A stretch of 64,000 bases of DNA from an uncultured candidate division Zixibacteria bacterium. GTDB lineage: Bacteria; Zixibacteria; MSB-5A5; GN15; FEB-12. The translations under genes and the position numbers were made by a program. This document shows positions 42,527 to 53,487 of this stretch, one piece after another (position 1 is the first letter of the stretch; each line of letters starts with the position of its first letter). The stretch covers positions 128,001 through 192,000 of the forward strand of contig CAWDXE010000007.1 of assembly GCA_963806185.1 (NCBI GenBank), in the 5' to 3' direction. The notes under the pieces were generated by a model. That model did not search any database. It was not told the origin of the DNA and saw nothing but the letters and a program-made list of their open reading frames with translations.

Positions 42527-44611
42527 ATGGAATATTCCGACTATCAATCGATCAACGGGGAGTATGGGCAGGCAGGCGATCAAACTTCGGTCCGGGACGA
42601 TTCGGCTGAGCGCCAGGCAACAGGCATAGCGTTGACCCCCGTTGTGGCATTGGTATCGGTGGAGGAGTTTCGGCGACTGAGGATCGCACCAGTGTCGTTT
42701 GACCCCGCAGGACGGCGGCTCAAACTGGTTTGTGCTGCGTCTGTGGATGAAAATCAACGACGCGATTTTGCGGGCCGGATGAACGGCATGGACTGCGAAT
42801 GGTATCATGCGGATGAAGAAGTGCTCGATGCCATGCTGCAGCGGCTGGCGGGCGAATATGCGCCGATTGACTCGATTTCGACTGATACCCTGGATGACAT
42901 ACTCATCGGAGCCGAGTCAACCTCCGCGCCGGCGACCGAGGAGCCGGTCGCAGCAGCGCAATCCACGCCGGCGATTGCCGAGACGGCGCCTGAGAAGTCT
43001 CGTGATGCGATTGTCCCCCCCGGACAGAAGTACGTCTTATTTATTTCGCCCACGGGAAAGATCAGCCAACACCTCCTGTTCGCGTTCAACGCCGAGCGGT
43101 GTAGGCCAATAACGGTCAACAATCCGGATCAAGCACTCGCCGAGCTGGAAAAGCAATCGATGGCGTGCGTCTTCATTCACGAGAAATTTCATGGGCGCAG
43201 CGACCAGCTTATTCAGAGGCTGCAGACTACGTCGCCGGCGACGCCGGTGCGACATTACAGTTCGGAAGCAGGCCTGCTGCTCAACGACACGCGCAACCAG
43301 GCTGTCTTTGATCTTGTTCGTCAGAATCTGACTCTCTTCAGCCGACTGCATAGCGCGCAGGGGAGTGCGCTTTCCGGTCATGCGGCTGCCGTCGCGAGAT
43401 ATGCCGATCGGATGGCGGTGCGCCTGGGCGTGCCCGATCACTGCCGCCTGATGATTTCAACGGCGGCATTCCTGCACAACATGGCAGAGGAGACGTTGAC
43501 AAGCACCGAGGGGTTGCAGCCAACCGACATTATCGGACTGGCGGCGTCGCGGCTGGAATCCTGGGATTTCCCGGCGCCAGTGGTGCGGATGCTCCGCCGG
43601 ATGTATCGCCGGATAGGCGAACCGGGGGTCGCAACCGAAGGTATCGAAGCGACGAGCGGATATATCCTGACGGCGGCCGACGCCTTTTGTCATCTCTGGC
43701 CGGAGTGTGCCAGTGCCGGGCGTCAAATGGATCTGGTGCAGAAGAAGCTGGAAGATCAACTCCAGTGGAAAGTAATGCCGTCAGTGATAGGCACGCTGGT
43801 GGACGTCATCTGTGACGATTGCACGGCGCGCATGCTCCGCCCGACCACATTCCACGTCCACCTCTTTGAATCTCGCGGATCGCTGCCAGCTGGTCTGGTG
43901 GAAGCGCTGGCGAGTTCGGAATTCAATGTGGCTGTGTCCTCGTCCATCGGTGAGTGCGCGCAGGGATGCCGACAGTCGAAGGCAGATCTGCTGATCATTC
44001 GTGATTCCGGCTCGGTACAGGACATCTACGACACGCTCATGAGCCTGGCGCTTCGGGGAATTGCCGTCGACCAGTTGCACGCGGTGTTGCTGCTGGAGGA
44101 ATCGATAGTGGCCGACGCTCATCGTCTCCTGCCGCACGGCGTGGAGGAGATTCTTCCGTGGAACGCACAATTACCGGCGATCACCACCAAGTTGGTGCGG
44201 ATCAAGAACAGACTTGACGAGCAATACCGGCATCGGGTCTCAGCGATTGAACGGCTGGGCACGCATGGTTCGCTGAGTGACATGAGCCTCACCGACATTC
44301 TGGAGCTCTGGCGGGGCAACCGGAGGCCGGCCCGAATCTCGGTTACCGCGTTCGGCAACCAGCTGACCGTGTATCTCGACCGGGGTAAGGTCGTTGCCGC
44401 CGAGAGTGGAGAATGTGAAGGACTGAACGCGCTGCTGCGGGGCGTGTCGTGGCGGCAAGGGATCTGGAACATAGATTCCATCGAAACGTCAGAACTGCCT
44501 GAGCCGAATATCGACCAAAGCATTGATGCCGTACTGATAGAGGCGTGTTCAAAATTAGACGAGGTGGTGAAAGAGGAGCCGATGTACGCGCTCCCCTCCA
44601 GCTCCCGATGA
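42527..44611 (+). CDS. Multidomain signalling protein: MshEN/GspE-N-like, receiver-like, degenerate HD-GYP-like, receiver-like, DUF4388
   Basis: EEFRRLRIAPV N-domain; HAAAVARYADRMAVRLG...AAFLHNMA and ILTAADAF HD-fold; HGSLSDMSLTDILEL...VYLDRGKVVAA DUF4388. Confidence 0.7.
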   Translation: MEYSDYQSINGEYGQAGDQTSVRDDSAERQATGIALTPVVALVSVEEFRRLRIAPVSFDPAGRRLKLVCAASVDENQRRDFAGRMNGMDCEWYHADEEVLDAMLQRLAGEYAPIDSISTDTLDDILIGAESTSAPATEEPVAAAQSTPAIAETAPEKSRDAIVPPGQKYVLFISPTGKISQHLLFAFNAERCRPITVNNPDQALAELEKQSMACVFIHEKFHGRSDQLIQRLQTTSPATPVRHYSSEAGLLLNDTRNQAVFDLVRQNLTLFSRLHSAQGSALSGHAAAVARYADRMAVRLGVPDHCRLMISTAAFLHNMAEETLTSTEGLQPTDIIGLAASRLESWDFPAPVVRMLRRMYRRIGEPGVATEGIEATSGYILTAADAFCHLWPECASAGRQMDLVQKKLEDQLQWKVMPSVIGTLVDVICDDCTARMLRPTTFHVHLFESRGSLPAGLVEALASSEFNVAVSSSIGECAQGCRQSKADLLIIRDSGSVQDIYDTLMSLALRGIAVDQLHAVLLLEESIVADAHRLLPHGVEEILPWNAQLPAITTKLVRIKNRLDEQYRHRVSAIERLGTHGSLSDMSLTDILELWRGNRRPARISVTAFGNQLTVYLDRGKVVAAESGECEGLNALLRGVSWRQGIWNIDSIETSELPEPNIDQSIDAVLIEACSKLDEVVKEEPMYALPSSSR

Positions 44612-44651
44612 GCCTGGCCGGCCGCAGGCCATGGCCCCCCTGTTATCAAAG

Positions 44652-44682
44652 CAGCCGCCCGTAATTGGGGGGCTCTTTTTTC
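44652..44682 (+). terminator. Possible intrinsic terminator
   Basis: AGCCGCCC-gtaatt-GGGGGGCT followed by CTTTTTT. Confidence 0.45.
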
Positions 44683-44714
44683 TACGCGGTATATGCCCGG
44701 CCGGCCAACGCCGT

Positions 44715-44743
44715 TTGCAATTTCACCTCAAATTCAATATTAT
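44715..44743 (+). promoter_or_regulatory. Putative sigma-70 promoter for the carbonic anhydrase gene
   Basis: TTGCAA-N17-TATTAT. Confidence 0.5.
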
Positions 44744-44812
44744 TGATAGGTTCCTCATGACTCAACCAGGATTTTCCGAGCATGAACGAAACTTTCGAGA
44801 GGATTTGGAGCG

Positions 44813-45445
44813 GTGAGCGACATCAAGCAGCTTTTTGCCGGATACGAACGCTTTCGACGGCGGTATTTCGACGGTCACAGCAATCTCTATGATCGACTTA
44901 AACTCGCCCAACAGCCGAAGGTCATCGTCATTGCCTGTAGCGATTCGCGAGTCGATCCGGCGATCCTGCTGGATGCAGAGCCGGGGGAGCTGTTTGTGGT
45001 GCGGAACGTGGCAAACCTGGTGCCGCCGCACGCAGGCGATCACGGGACACACGGCGTCAGTGCGGCACTGGAATTCGCCGTCTGCACCCTTGAGGTCAGC
45101 GATATCATAGTTCTGGGTCACTCGCAGTGCGGCGGAATCAAAGCGTTGCTGAGCAACGCCACCGGGGAATATGTTTCTCGGTGGATGGATATTGCGCGAG
45201 AGGCGGCAACAATCGTATGCCATCGGCACGATGTTCAATCGGACGAGGCGGCGCGCGCCTGCGAGCAGCACTCGATCCTGCTTTCGCTGCAGAATCTCCT
45301 GACCTTCCCCTGGATTCACGAGCGGGTGAAATGCGGCACGCTGAAGACTCACGGCTGGTATTTCGATCTGGCGAGCGGGACGATCGCAGTATTTGACACT
45401 GAAGTCGGCGAATTCATAGTGGTTGACCACGCCATCCGTGAGTGA
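44813..45445 (+). CDS. Beta-class carbonic anhydrase
   Basis: ACSDSRV, GELFVVRNVANLVP, GHSQCGG zinc ligands; GTG start with GGAG. Confidence 0.95.
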   Translation: MSDIKQLFAGYERFRRRYFDGHSNLYDRLKLAQQPKVIVIACSDSRVDPAILLDAEPGELFVVRNVANLVPPHAGDHGTHGVSAALEFAVCTLEVSDIIVLGHSQCGGIKALLSNATGEYVSRWMDIAREAATIVCHRHDVQSDEAARACEQHSILLSLQNLLTFPWIHERVKCGTLKTHGWYFDLASGTIAVFDTEVGEFIVVDHAIRE

Positions 45446-45495
45446 CGTGTCGGCCCACTGGTAGATTTGTGTTTGAGGAATAGTAAGGAAATGTT

Positions 45496-47439
45496 ATGAA
45501 GTGCCCCTTGGTACTTGCGGTCCTGTCAGTCGTGATGGCCACGCTCGTGGTCCGAGCCGAAATACCCCAACCCCGACACGTGCTCTCGCACGACAATGTC
45601 AAGGTAGTTACCGATCAGACGAAAGGGATAGCGCTGTATCCTGCCTGGGCCCTCTTTCCGCCGAAGACAGTGGACTACAGGAAGGTAGTGTTGTATATCA
45701 CCTACCGTTGCCCTGACGGTCAGCATTGCGGCGAGTGGGACTATATCGACAATGTCTACCTGCGCAAGAGCGGCGGCGGCAATGCCGACGAGCGGCACCT
45801 GGAGCTGGCCCGCATGATCTCACCGTACGGGTGGAAATTCGATTCAACCTGGTCGTTCACCTGGCACGTGGACGTGTCTGATTTTTCCTTTCTCCTGCAT
45901 GATTCGGTGCAGATCGAATTCGCTCACGGCGGGTATGAGAGCAACACCGATCGCGGATGGTTGGTGACGCTCGACTTTGTGATCACCGAGGGCACGCCGC
46001 CGATGCGGTGTGTCGGTGTGGACACCCTGTGGCAAGGATCGTTCAAATACGGCGACAGTGCGCTGCCGTTTGACAGCGCTGTGCGCGCCATAGCCGTTGG
46101 GGCAAAGTTTGGGCCTTCAATCGCTCGATTACGAATCCTTCAAACCGGTCACGGGATGGATGATTCGGAGAATTGCGCCGAGTTTTGCAATAAATATCGC
46201 CGCATTTTGTGGAACGATTCCCTGGTAGACCAGAGGCAGATCTGGCGGACGTGCGGTGACAATCCGTTGTATCCGCAGGCGGGGACCTGGCTCTTCAATC
46301 GCGCCAATTGGTGTCCCGGTGGAATTGTTCATCCTGACTGTTACGACCTGCCAATTGAACGCGGCCTTCCGTACAAGATCGATCTCGATATGGAACCGTA
46401 CCTCAATCGCAAGAATCCGACCGCGAATTATGCAATTTCGGCCTACCTGTTTTATTTCGAAGCGCCGCGAGCGATGCTGGACGTCGCCCTCGAAGGAATA
46501 GTGGCGCCGAGCGAGGCGGATGAGAACGCGCGTGAGAATCCGATTTGCGGCCATCCCCGGGTGCGGGTGAAGAATTATGGAAGTCGGGTGGTAACGTCAA
46601 TGAACTTCACCTACGGCGTCGAGGGGTTGTCGATGCAGTCGGAATGGTGGGCAGGGAAACTGGCCCCGCAGCAGACGGTCGAAGTATCCCTGATGGGCAA
46701 TGCGCCGGCCAACAAGATCACTTCGAAATTCAAAGTGCGAGTCGATTCGCCGAACGGGGGAGCGGACGAGTATCCGCTGGACAACGAAGCATCTACCGAG
46801 GTCACGCCGCCGCCATCCTATGACACGCAGCTCGTCGTCGTGTTTCGAACGAATCACGATTCGACAAGCACGTCGTATCAGGTAGTAGATGATGCCGGAA
46901 GGATTGTGGCGGAGCGTAACACCGGCAGTCTGGCGGCCAATACCGTGTACCGGGATACCCTGAGACTAACTCCGGGATGTTACGCCATGCAGGTGACAGA
47001 TACGGCCGGTGACGGATTGGATTTCTGGTTTAACCCGGAGGGCGGGTATGGGTATGTTCGCCTGCTTGATGCGGCCGGCCGGCTGGTGAAGGCGTTTCCG
47101 TCGGATTTTGGATCGGGCGTTTATCATGCGTTCACCGTTCTGCCCGGTGTCAAATCGTTGTTGCCCGAAGATCAGCTTCCTTTGGTGACGGTGTTTCCGG
47201 CGCGGACAACAGGGTCATTTGAGGTTGAGTTGTTCCGCAACGAGCCGGGGGGTATAACGCTACAGGTCGTGTCGGACAGCACCAGGAAAGTAGTCTACGA
47301 GAAGGCATTTGCAGACGTCAAAGAGGCACTGATCCCGATCGATATTGCCAAGCAACAGGATGGTATCTACTGGTTGAAGGCGAAGGACGGCGAGAAGACG
47401 ATAGAGCGTCGGGTACGTCTCAAACGTGAGGTGAAGTAG
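45496..47439 (+). CDS. Peptide-N-glycosidase F-related secreted protein
   Basis: Signal peptide; CGEWDY, ELARMISPYG, TGHG, CAEFC, QAGTWLFNRANWCPG PNGase F motifs; Ig-like C-terminal domains. Confidence 0.85.
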   Translation: MKCPLVLAVLSVVMATLVVRAEIPQPRHVLSHDNVKVVTDQTKGIALYPAWALFPPKTVDYRKVVLYITYRCPDGQHCGEWDYIDNVYLRKSGGGNADERHLELARMISPYGWKFDSTWSFTWHVDVSDFSFLLHDSVQIEFAHGGYESNTDRGWLVTLDFVITEGTPPMRCVGVDTLWQGSFKYGDSALPFDSAVRAIAVGAKFGPSIARLRILQTGHGMDDSENCAEFCNKYRRILWNDSLVDQRQIWRTCGDNPLYPQAGTWLFNRANWCPGGIVHPDCYDLPIERGLPYKIDLDMEPYLNRKNPTANYAISAYLFYFEAPRAMLDVALEGIVAPSEADENARENPICGHPRVRVKNYGSRVVTSMNFTYGVEGLSMQSEWWAGKLAPQQTVEVSLMGNAPANKITSKFKVRVDSPNGGADEYPLDNEASTEVTPPPSYDTQLVVVFRTNHDSTSTSYQVVDDAGRIVAERNTGSLAANTVYRDTLRLTPGCYAMQVTDTAGDGLDFWFNPEGGYGYVRLLDAAGRLVKAFPSDFGSGVYHAFTVLPGVKSLLPEDQLPLVTVFPARTTGSFEVELFRNEPGGITLQVVSDSTRKVVYEKAFADVKEALIPIDIAKQQDGIYWLKAKDGEKTIERRVRLKREVK

Positions 47440-47458
47440 GCTCTTCAGTTGGCCGGAG

Positions 47459-49318
47459 TTAAGACTGCGGCGTATAGATGTAGCGATAGGCGTCGTCGCG
47501 GAGTCGCTTTGCTATGGCTGGATGCGCTGCTACGCGCCGATGCTGCGCGTAGAGTCCCATCAAGCGCAAGGTCCAGGCGCGGCCAGTGAGCCGTTCCGAA
47601 GCGAGCGATGACGGTCCCGGAATCGCGAGGGCAAGAGCCGCCAGTCGTGTCTGTCGCGAAGCCTGCCGAAAAACGCCCGGTGAACGCAAAATATCGTATC
47701 CGGCCGACCGATAAAGGGAAGCCCTGGCTGTCGTCTGGTGGTCCGGTGCAACCGGTAGACAAAATGATTGCCATTTCGGCTCGGGGCGCAAGAAGATGTC
47801 GGTGAGATGCGACGATGGTAATCGTGCCAACAAATCGGCATTCACATTTTCCAAATATGCGCGGCGAATCGTGTGCGCCCGCTTCCAGAGCGGCGGCACG
47901 GACAGCAGGAATTCCACCAGATCATAATCGAGGAACGGGTACACTGAGTCCAGCTTGAGCGAGAGAAGTCGCTGGCTGAACAAGGCCGTCTTTCGCCGCG
48001 TCCAATTCATGAAGTAGAACATGGTAAAGCGATGATCGCTGACCGGGAGTTTACGGATCTCGTCGGCGATACGAACCGCCAAGGGCGGTTCAGGAGCCGG
48101 GTGAGAGAAGTGCGATGACCACAGATCGGGGAAGCGCTCGATGACGGAGTTGGCGAGCCAGGCGGGATCGTCGATATGTTCGGCCTGGCCGTCGAAAGTG
48201 AAATTGCCGTCCTCCAGAACATCGCCGCCGCTGCCGTCAAAATTGATTCCTCCTCCCATCGCGATGCGGGGCAGAAGTGGCATTATCCAGGCGTGGGCGT
48301 CGGTTTCGTAGTCGAGAAGCTGATAGGTTTGGCGGACCATTCTAGCCTGCTCCGTCGGGGCAGGTAAGTCGGAGTGGACATGCGGGACGCCGAATTCACG
48401 GCAAAGGGCGCCGGCGACTGAGGTGTCGATCTCAAACCCGCCCTCCGGCTGGATGATCGAAGCGGTGTAGGCCGTTGATGTACGATTTTGGGCCAACATT
48501 TCCAGGAGTATGCGGCGTGAATCGAAGCCGGAACTGAGCATGCAGATCGGCTGATTCACCTGGCTGAGTAATTTGCCCATCGAGAGGCCAAAGAGTCGTC
48601 GCATTTCAGCAACAAACTCATTTATGTCGGTTGGGCCACCTCCACGCACTCGTCCGAAGTCCCAGTAACTGCTATTGGCCAACCGGCCATCGCGGAAAGT
48701 CAGCACGGTGGCAGGAGGGAGTCGAAAGATCGACGGATAAAGCGTGTGATCACCTATCGGAGCGCCCAACGTGAACAGCTCGTGAGTCGCGGCGAGATTG
48801 CCGCTGAGGTCGTTTTCACCGGCGAGCAAGGCCCCGATCTCCGATGCGAAGGTGAGCGTAGACGCTTGTTGCCGGTAATACAACGGTTTTAGTCCCCAGC
48901 GGTCGGTGCCCAGGGAGAGCGTCTGACTGTCGTCTTGCCAAAGAGCAAACACAAAACATCCATTGAGATTGGCGAGAATTTCCGGGCCGTGACGGGTGAA
49001 GAGGTAACCGACTATCTCAGCGGCTGTGGTCGCCGGTACGCGACCGTGGCTCTCGGTGCGTACGCGGTTGGCAAGGACAGCCTTGTCACTTAAGTATCCG
49101 GAAAAGACGATCGAAAGGTGATCGTCGGCGAACTGAGCGAGATCGGTTCCGAGATTATTTTGCGGGAAGAAGACGCAGCCGAGGGAAGCGCCGGCGAGAT
49201 GTGCCGAGGTCGAGCGGAAGCCGGTCGAATGGAGTTGAGCGGCGACTTGCATGGCAAGCGCTGATGCGCGTTCCTCTCGACCCTTGGTCGGTGCGACAAT
49301 CCCACAGATGCGCGACAT
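47459..49318 (-). CDS. Asparagine synthetase B-like amidotransferase/ligase (atypical)
   Basis: MSRICGIV, LNGCFVFALW, DRWGLKPLYY, FASEI, LSSGFDSR, DGSGGD, YPFLDYDLVEF. Confidence 0.8.
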   Translation of the reverse strand: MSRICGIVAPTKGREERASALAMQVAAQLHSTGFRSTSAHLAGASLGCVFFPQNNLGTDLAQFADDHLSIVFSGYLSDKAVLANRVRTESHGRVPATTAAEIVGYLFTRHGPEILANLNGCFVFALWQDDSQTLSLGTDRWGLKPLYYRQQASTLTFASEIGALLAGENDLSGNLAATHELFTLGAPIGDHTLYPSIFRLPPATVLTFRDGRLANSSYWDFGRVRGGGPTDINEFVAEMRRLFGLSMGKLLSQVNQPICMLSSGFDSRRILLEMLAQNRTSTAYTASIIQPEGGFEIDTSVAGALCREFGVPHVHSDLPAPTEQARMVRQTYQLLDYETDAHAWIMPLLPRIAMGGGINFDGSGGDVLEDGNFTFDGQAEHIDDPAWLANSVIERFPDLWSSHFSHPAPEPPLAVRIADEIRKLPVSDHRFTMFYFMNWTRRKTALFSQRLLSLKLDSVYPFLDYDLVEFLLSVPPLWKRAHTIRRAYLENVNADLLARLPSSHLTDIFLRPEPKWQSFCLPVAPDHQTTARASLYRSAGYDILRSPGVFRQASRQTRLAALALAIPGPSSLASERLTGRAWTLRLMGLYAQHRRVAAHPAIAKRLRDDAYRYIYTPQS

Positions 49319-49438
49319 GCTGAAGCGTCCTTCTCGAAAAATGATCAATCGAGGATCACTCTCGTAAGATGGCGCAAATACGGAGAAGGGTCAACTGCTA
49401 TGCGAATGTCGAGGCGCTCGCTGGTTGAGGGGAACAGA

Positions 49439-50059
49439 CTATCGGCGTCGGAGAGAGAATAGATAGCCGACAGATAGACGGAAGCCGCCCGTACGAAGCT
49501 GGGACTGGTTGCGGCTGGAATAGGAGGCCGGGCCGTGACTGCGGATGTACTGCAGCTGGGGCCGTGACTCGGTGATAGCCATTTCGATTGAGTAGGATCG
49601 CTGGAGGCGCAAGCCAAAAGTTAATCGATATCCAAACGCGTCAGTGACCTTGAGATCGGTGACGCCCCAATTTCGGCTCAGCGAATCAGCGGAGGTCTCG
49701 GTCGGATTGAATGAGTTAAACGAATAGACAACCCCTGCGCCAAGGTAGGCCAGCAGGATATCGGTGCCACGGTAGCAGAGTACATCCAGTGCCAGAGACG
49801 CCGACTTGAAATCACCACGAGGGTAGAGGGGCGAGTTGAAAGCGCTGAGGTGGTAACTCCCCTCGGCTCTCACGATGAGCGGATGGGTTACCAGAAGTTC
49901 ATATTTGGCGGCTATTTCCGGACCGGCGGAGAGGACAGCGGTCGGACCGCTTAGTCCAGCGGTGACGTGGATGCTGGCAGGAGCGACCGTATCCTGAGCG
50001 ATCGGATTAAGTGGCGCCAGGGGCAAGGTCAGCCATGAACACACCAGGAGCAGCAACAT
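49439..50059 (-). CDS. Small outer-membrane beta-barrel protein
   Basis: Hydrophobic N-terminus, AYLGAGVVYS, GYRLTFGLRL, C-terminal RLSVGYLF. Confidence 0.65.
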   Translation of the reverse strand: MLLLLVCSWLTLPLAPLNPIAQDTVAPASIHVTAGLSGPTAVLSAGPEIAAKYELLVTHPLIVRAEGSYHLSAFNSPLYPRGDFKSASLALDVLCYRGTDILLAYLGAGVVYSFNSFNPTETSADSLSRNWGVTDLKVTDAFGYRLTFGLRLQRSYSIEMAITESRPQLQYIRSHGPASYSSRNQSQLRTGGFRLSVGYLFSLRRR

Positions 50060-50262
50060 ACTTTTCTTCTTCGTCCTGTCTTTTCGGACCCGTGTGGAGC
50101 GGTGGACAGTCAGCTGTTACATCAAGATACAAAACAAATTCAGTATCACCAACATTCGGCACTAAACGTTCTGTCCCACCCAAAGAAGACGTGGCAATCT
50201 CTGGTCTGTGTAAGTTATTGTGCCGCAAGATGAAAATAGGACTAATCCGGAGCCGAAACCGT

Positions 50263-50290
50263 TTGACATTATAGGTGGGAGACGTATATT
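50263..50290 (+). promoter_or_regulatory. Putative sigma-70 promoter of the metabolic gene run
   Basis: TTGACA-N16-TATATT, ~90 bp upstream of the ALDH start. Confidence 0.55.
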
Positions 50291-50379
50291 ATCCGCTTGT
50301 GTTGCGCCGGTGTGAATAAATTCACAACGTAATTTTCCATCTGCGCGGCGAGAAGCTTTTAGATCACATGGAGTTAGCT

Positions 50380-51871
50380 ATGGCAGCACCAACCTTCAAG
50401 AATTACATAAATGGGCAATGGGTCGATTCGAAATCAGGTCAAACGTTTGAGAATCGCAACCCTGCGAACACGAGTGAAGTTCTGGGTCATTTCCAGAAGT
50501 CAACGGCAGACGATGTGAAGCTGGCAATCGATGCGGCTTCTGAAGCCTACAAGAGCTGGCGTCTGGTCCCGGCCCCCAAGCGGGGCGAGATGTTGTACAA
50601 GGTGGCCTCGACCATTCTTGCTCACAAGGAGGAGTTCTCGCGCGACATGACGCGTGAAATGGGGAAGGTGCTGGCCGAGACGCGGGGCGATGTTCAGGAA
50701 GCAATCGACATGACGTTCTATATGGCGGGAGAAGGGCGAAGGTTGTTTGGCCAAACGACCCCGTCGGAGCTGCCGAACAAGTTCAACATGACGATTCGTC
50801 AGTCGGTAGGGGTGTGTTCGTTTATTACGCCGTGGAATTTTCCGATGGCGATTCCGTCGTGGAAAATGATGCCGGCGCTTATTTGTGGAAATACGATAGT
50901 CATCAAGCCGGCGACTGACACTCCGTTGTCGGTGGTTAATTTGATGAAGGCCTGTGAAGAGGCAGGAATCCCGAAAGGGGTGATCAACATGGTCACCGGC
51001 TCGGGCGGGGCGCTGGGCGACAAGCTGATAAACGACGACCGGGTGAGGATCGTATCGTTTACCGGTTCAACTGAAATCGGCCGCAAGGTATCCGAGGCGT
51101 GCGCTCCCAAGTTCAAGCATTGCTGCCTGGAAATGGGTGGCAAGAACCCGATGATGGTGATGGAAGACGCCAACATCGACCTCGCGGTTGACGGGGCGCT
51201 GTGGGGTGCGTTTGGCACTACCGGGCAGCGCTGCACGGCGACGAGCCGGGTCATCCTTCACAAAGATATCGCCAAGAAGTTTCTCGACAAGCTGGTCGAA
51301 CGGGCGTCGAAGCTCAAAGTCGGCGATGGCCTGATAGAGGCGAGTCAGATGGGGCCGTGCATCAACGAAGGACAAATGAACACGGTGCTGTCGTATGTCG
51401 AAATCGGCAAGAAAGACGGGGCCAAGCTCCTGTGCGGCGGCAAACGTCTGGACACGGGCGAACACGCCAAGGGATGGTTCGTTCAGCCGACGATATTCGG
51501 CGAGGTTACGCCCGAACATGCGCATCTGGAAAGAAGAGATTTTTGGCCCGGTGCTGAGCGTGGCGACCTGCAGTTCGCTGGACGAAGCCATTGCCCTGGC
51601 CAACGACACGCCGTACGGCCTGTCGGCATCGATCTATACCAACGATGTCAACCGGGCGTATCGGGCAATGCGGGACGTGTACACCGGAATATTCTATATT
51701 AACGCGCCGACCATCGGAGCCGAGACGCACCTGCCGTTTGGCGGCACGAAAGAGACCGGCAACGGGCATCGCGAAGCGGCGACGGCCGCGCTGGATGTGT
51801 TCAGCGAATGGAAGTCGGTCTATGTCGATTTCTCCGGGACGATGCAGCGGGCACAGATTGACAACCAGTAG
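50380..51871 (+). CDS. Aldehyde dehydrogenase family protein (+1 frameshift at ~51512)
   Basis: [30 protein letters not shown], then EEIFGPV and PFGGTKETG in the next frame; one extra C in ACGCCCGAAC. Confidence 0.92.
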
Positions 51872-52070
51872 TTGAATTGTTGATCAGGCACCTGAAACGG
51901 GAAGAGTTGAGCGGTCAGCGTATGCGACATGATGATGCAAGTCACGCCGTTTATCTGGTGGCGTTCATCTGGCTGTCTTCGTCGATATAGTCACGCCCTG
52001 TCCGGCTGACGGACAGACTGGTAGGAAATGGTCCAGTGAAAACAAGTGACTCTTATCGCAGGAGAACAGT

Positions 52071-53427
52071 ATGAGCACGAAGAAAAGAAAAGTCATTATC
52101 ATGGGCGCGGCCGGCCGCGATTTCCATAATTTCAATACGCTGTATCGGGATAATGCTTCCGTCGACGTGGTGGCCTTTACGGCTACCCAGATTCCGGACA
52201 TTGAAGGCCGTCGCTATCCGGCGGCACTGGCCGGAAAGCTTTATCCCAAGGGCATTCCGATTCACGACGAGAAGGAACTGCTTGACCTCATCAAGAAGCA
52301 TGACGTCGACGAAGTAATCTTCTCGTATTCCGACGTATCGTTTCCAGTATGTGATGACCAAAGCCTCCATGGTCATGGCGGCCGGGGCCCGGTTTTCGCT
52401 CGAGGGTGGCGCCCCGACCATGGTCAAATCAACCAAGCCGGTGGTGGCAGTTTGTGCTGTCCGCACCGGTTCCGGCAAGTCGCAGACGACCCGGCGCGTG
52501 GCCCAGGTGCTTCAGGACATGGGGAAGAAGGTGGTGGCGATTCGTCACCCCATGCCGTATGGCGATCTGGTGAAACAGACGGTGCAGCGATTTGCCACGC
52601 TGAAGGATCTGGACAAGCACGATTGTACGATTGAAGAGCGCGAAGAGTACGAGCCGCACATCGCGAGCGGTGTGATCGTGTATGCCGGTGTGGATTATGA
52701 GAAGATCCTCCGCCAGGCGGAGAAGGAAGCCGACATAATCTTGTGGGACGGCGGTAACAACGACATGCCGTTCTACAAACCGGATCTGCACATCACGGTG
52801 GTCGATCCGCACCGTCCGGGGCACGAGATCAGCTACTATCCGGGGATGAGCAATCTGCTCATGGCCGATGTCATCGTGATCAACAAGATTGATTCGGCTG
52901 ATCCGGAAGGGGTTGGCGAGGTTCGTGCCAATGTCGCCAGGTTCAATCCGAAGGCGATCGTGATCGATGCGGCCTCACCGATCTCGGTCGAGAAGCCGGA
53001 ATTGATCAAAGGCAAGCGGGTGCTGGTGGTCGAAGACGGCCCGACACTGACGCACGGCGAGATGACTTACGGCGCCGGTGTCGTGGCGGCCGAGAAATTC
53101 GGCGCGGCCGAGTTGGTGGACCCCAGACCGTATACGGTCAAGTCGATCAGCGATACGTTCAAAAAGTATCCGGACATCGGCATCCTGCTTCCGGCCATGG
53201 GGTACGGCGCCCAGCAGATGAAGGATCTTGAGAAGACGATCAATCGTACGAAGTGCGACGTGGTCATCATTGCCACGCCGATTGACCTGACTCGGATCAT
53301 CAATATCAAGAAGCCGAGTGTGCGGGTCTTTTACGATCTGCAGGAAATCGGCATGCCGAATTTACCGCAAGTGCTCGGCGAAGCCTTTGGCGGCGGCTCC
53401 AAGCCCAGGAAAGGGGCGAAGAAGTAG
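52071..53427 (+). CDS. ArcE-like arginine synthetase (family often annotated as predicted GTPase / cyclic 2,3-diphosphoglycerate synthase); +1 frameshift at ~52342
   Basis: GAAGRDFHNFN, AFTATQIP, AVRTGSGKSQT P-loop, RHPMPYGDL, TIEEREEYEPH, WDGGNND, EDGPTLTHG, LPAMGY; directly upstream of carbamate kinase. Confidence 0.82.
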
Positions 53428-53487
53428 GACGGCAGGGCAGGTTGACCCGTGCGAACGGGTCAACCGCCAACGTTGACCTCGAGTATC

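Noticed and set aside
47459..49617. Lasso peptide cluster
   Set aside because: No recognisable precursor, B1/B2 protein or ABC exporter adjacent
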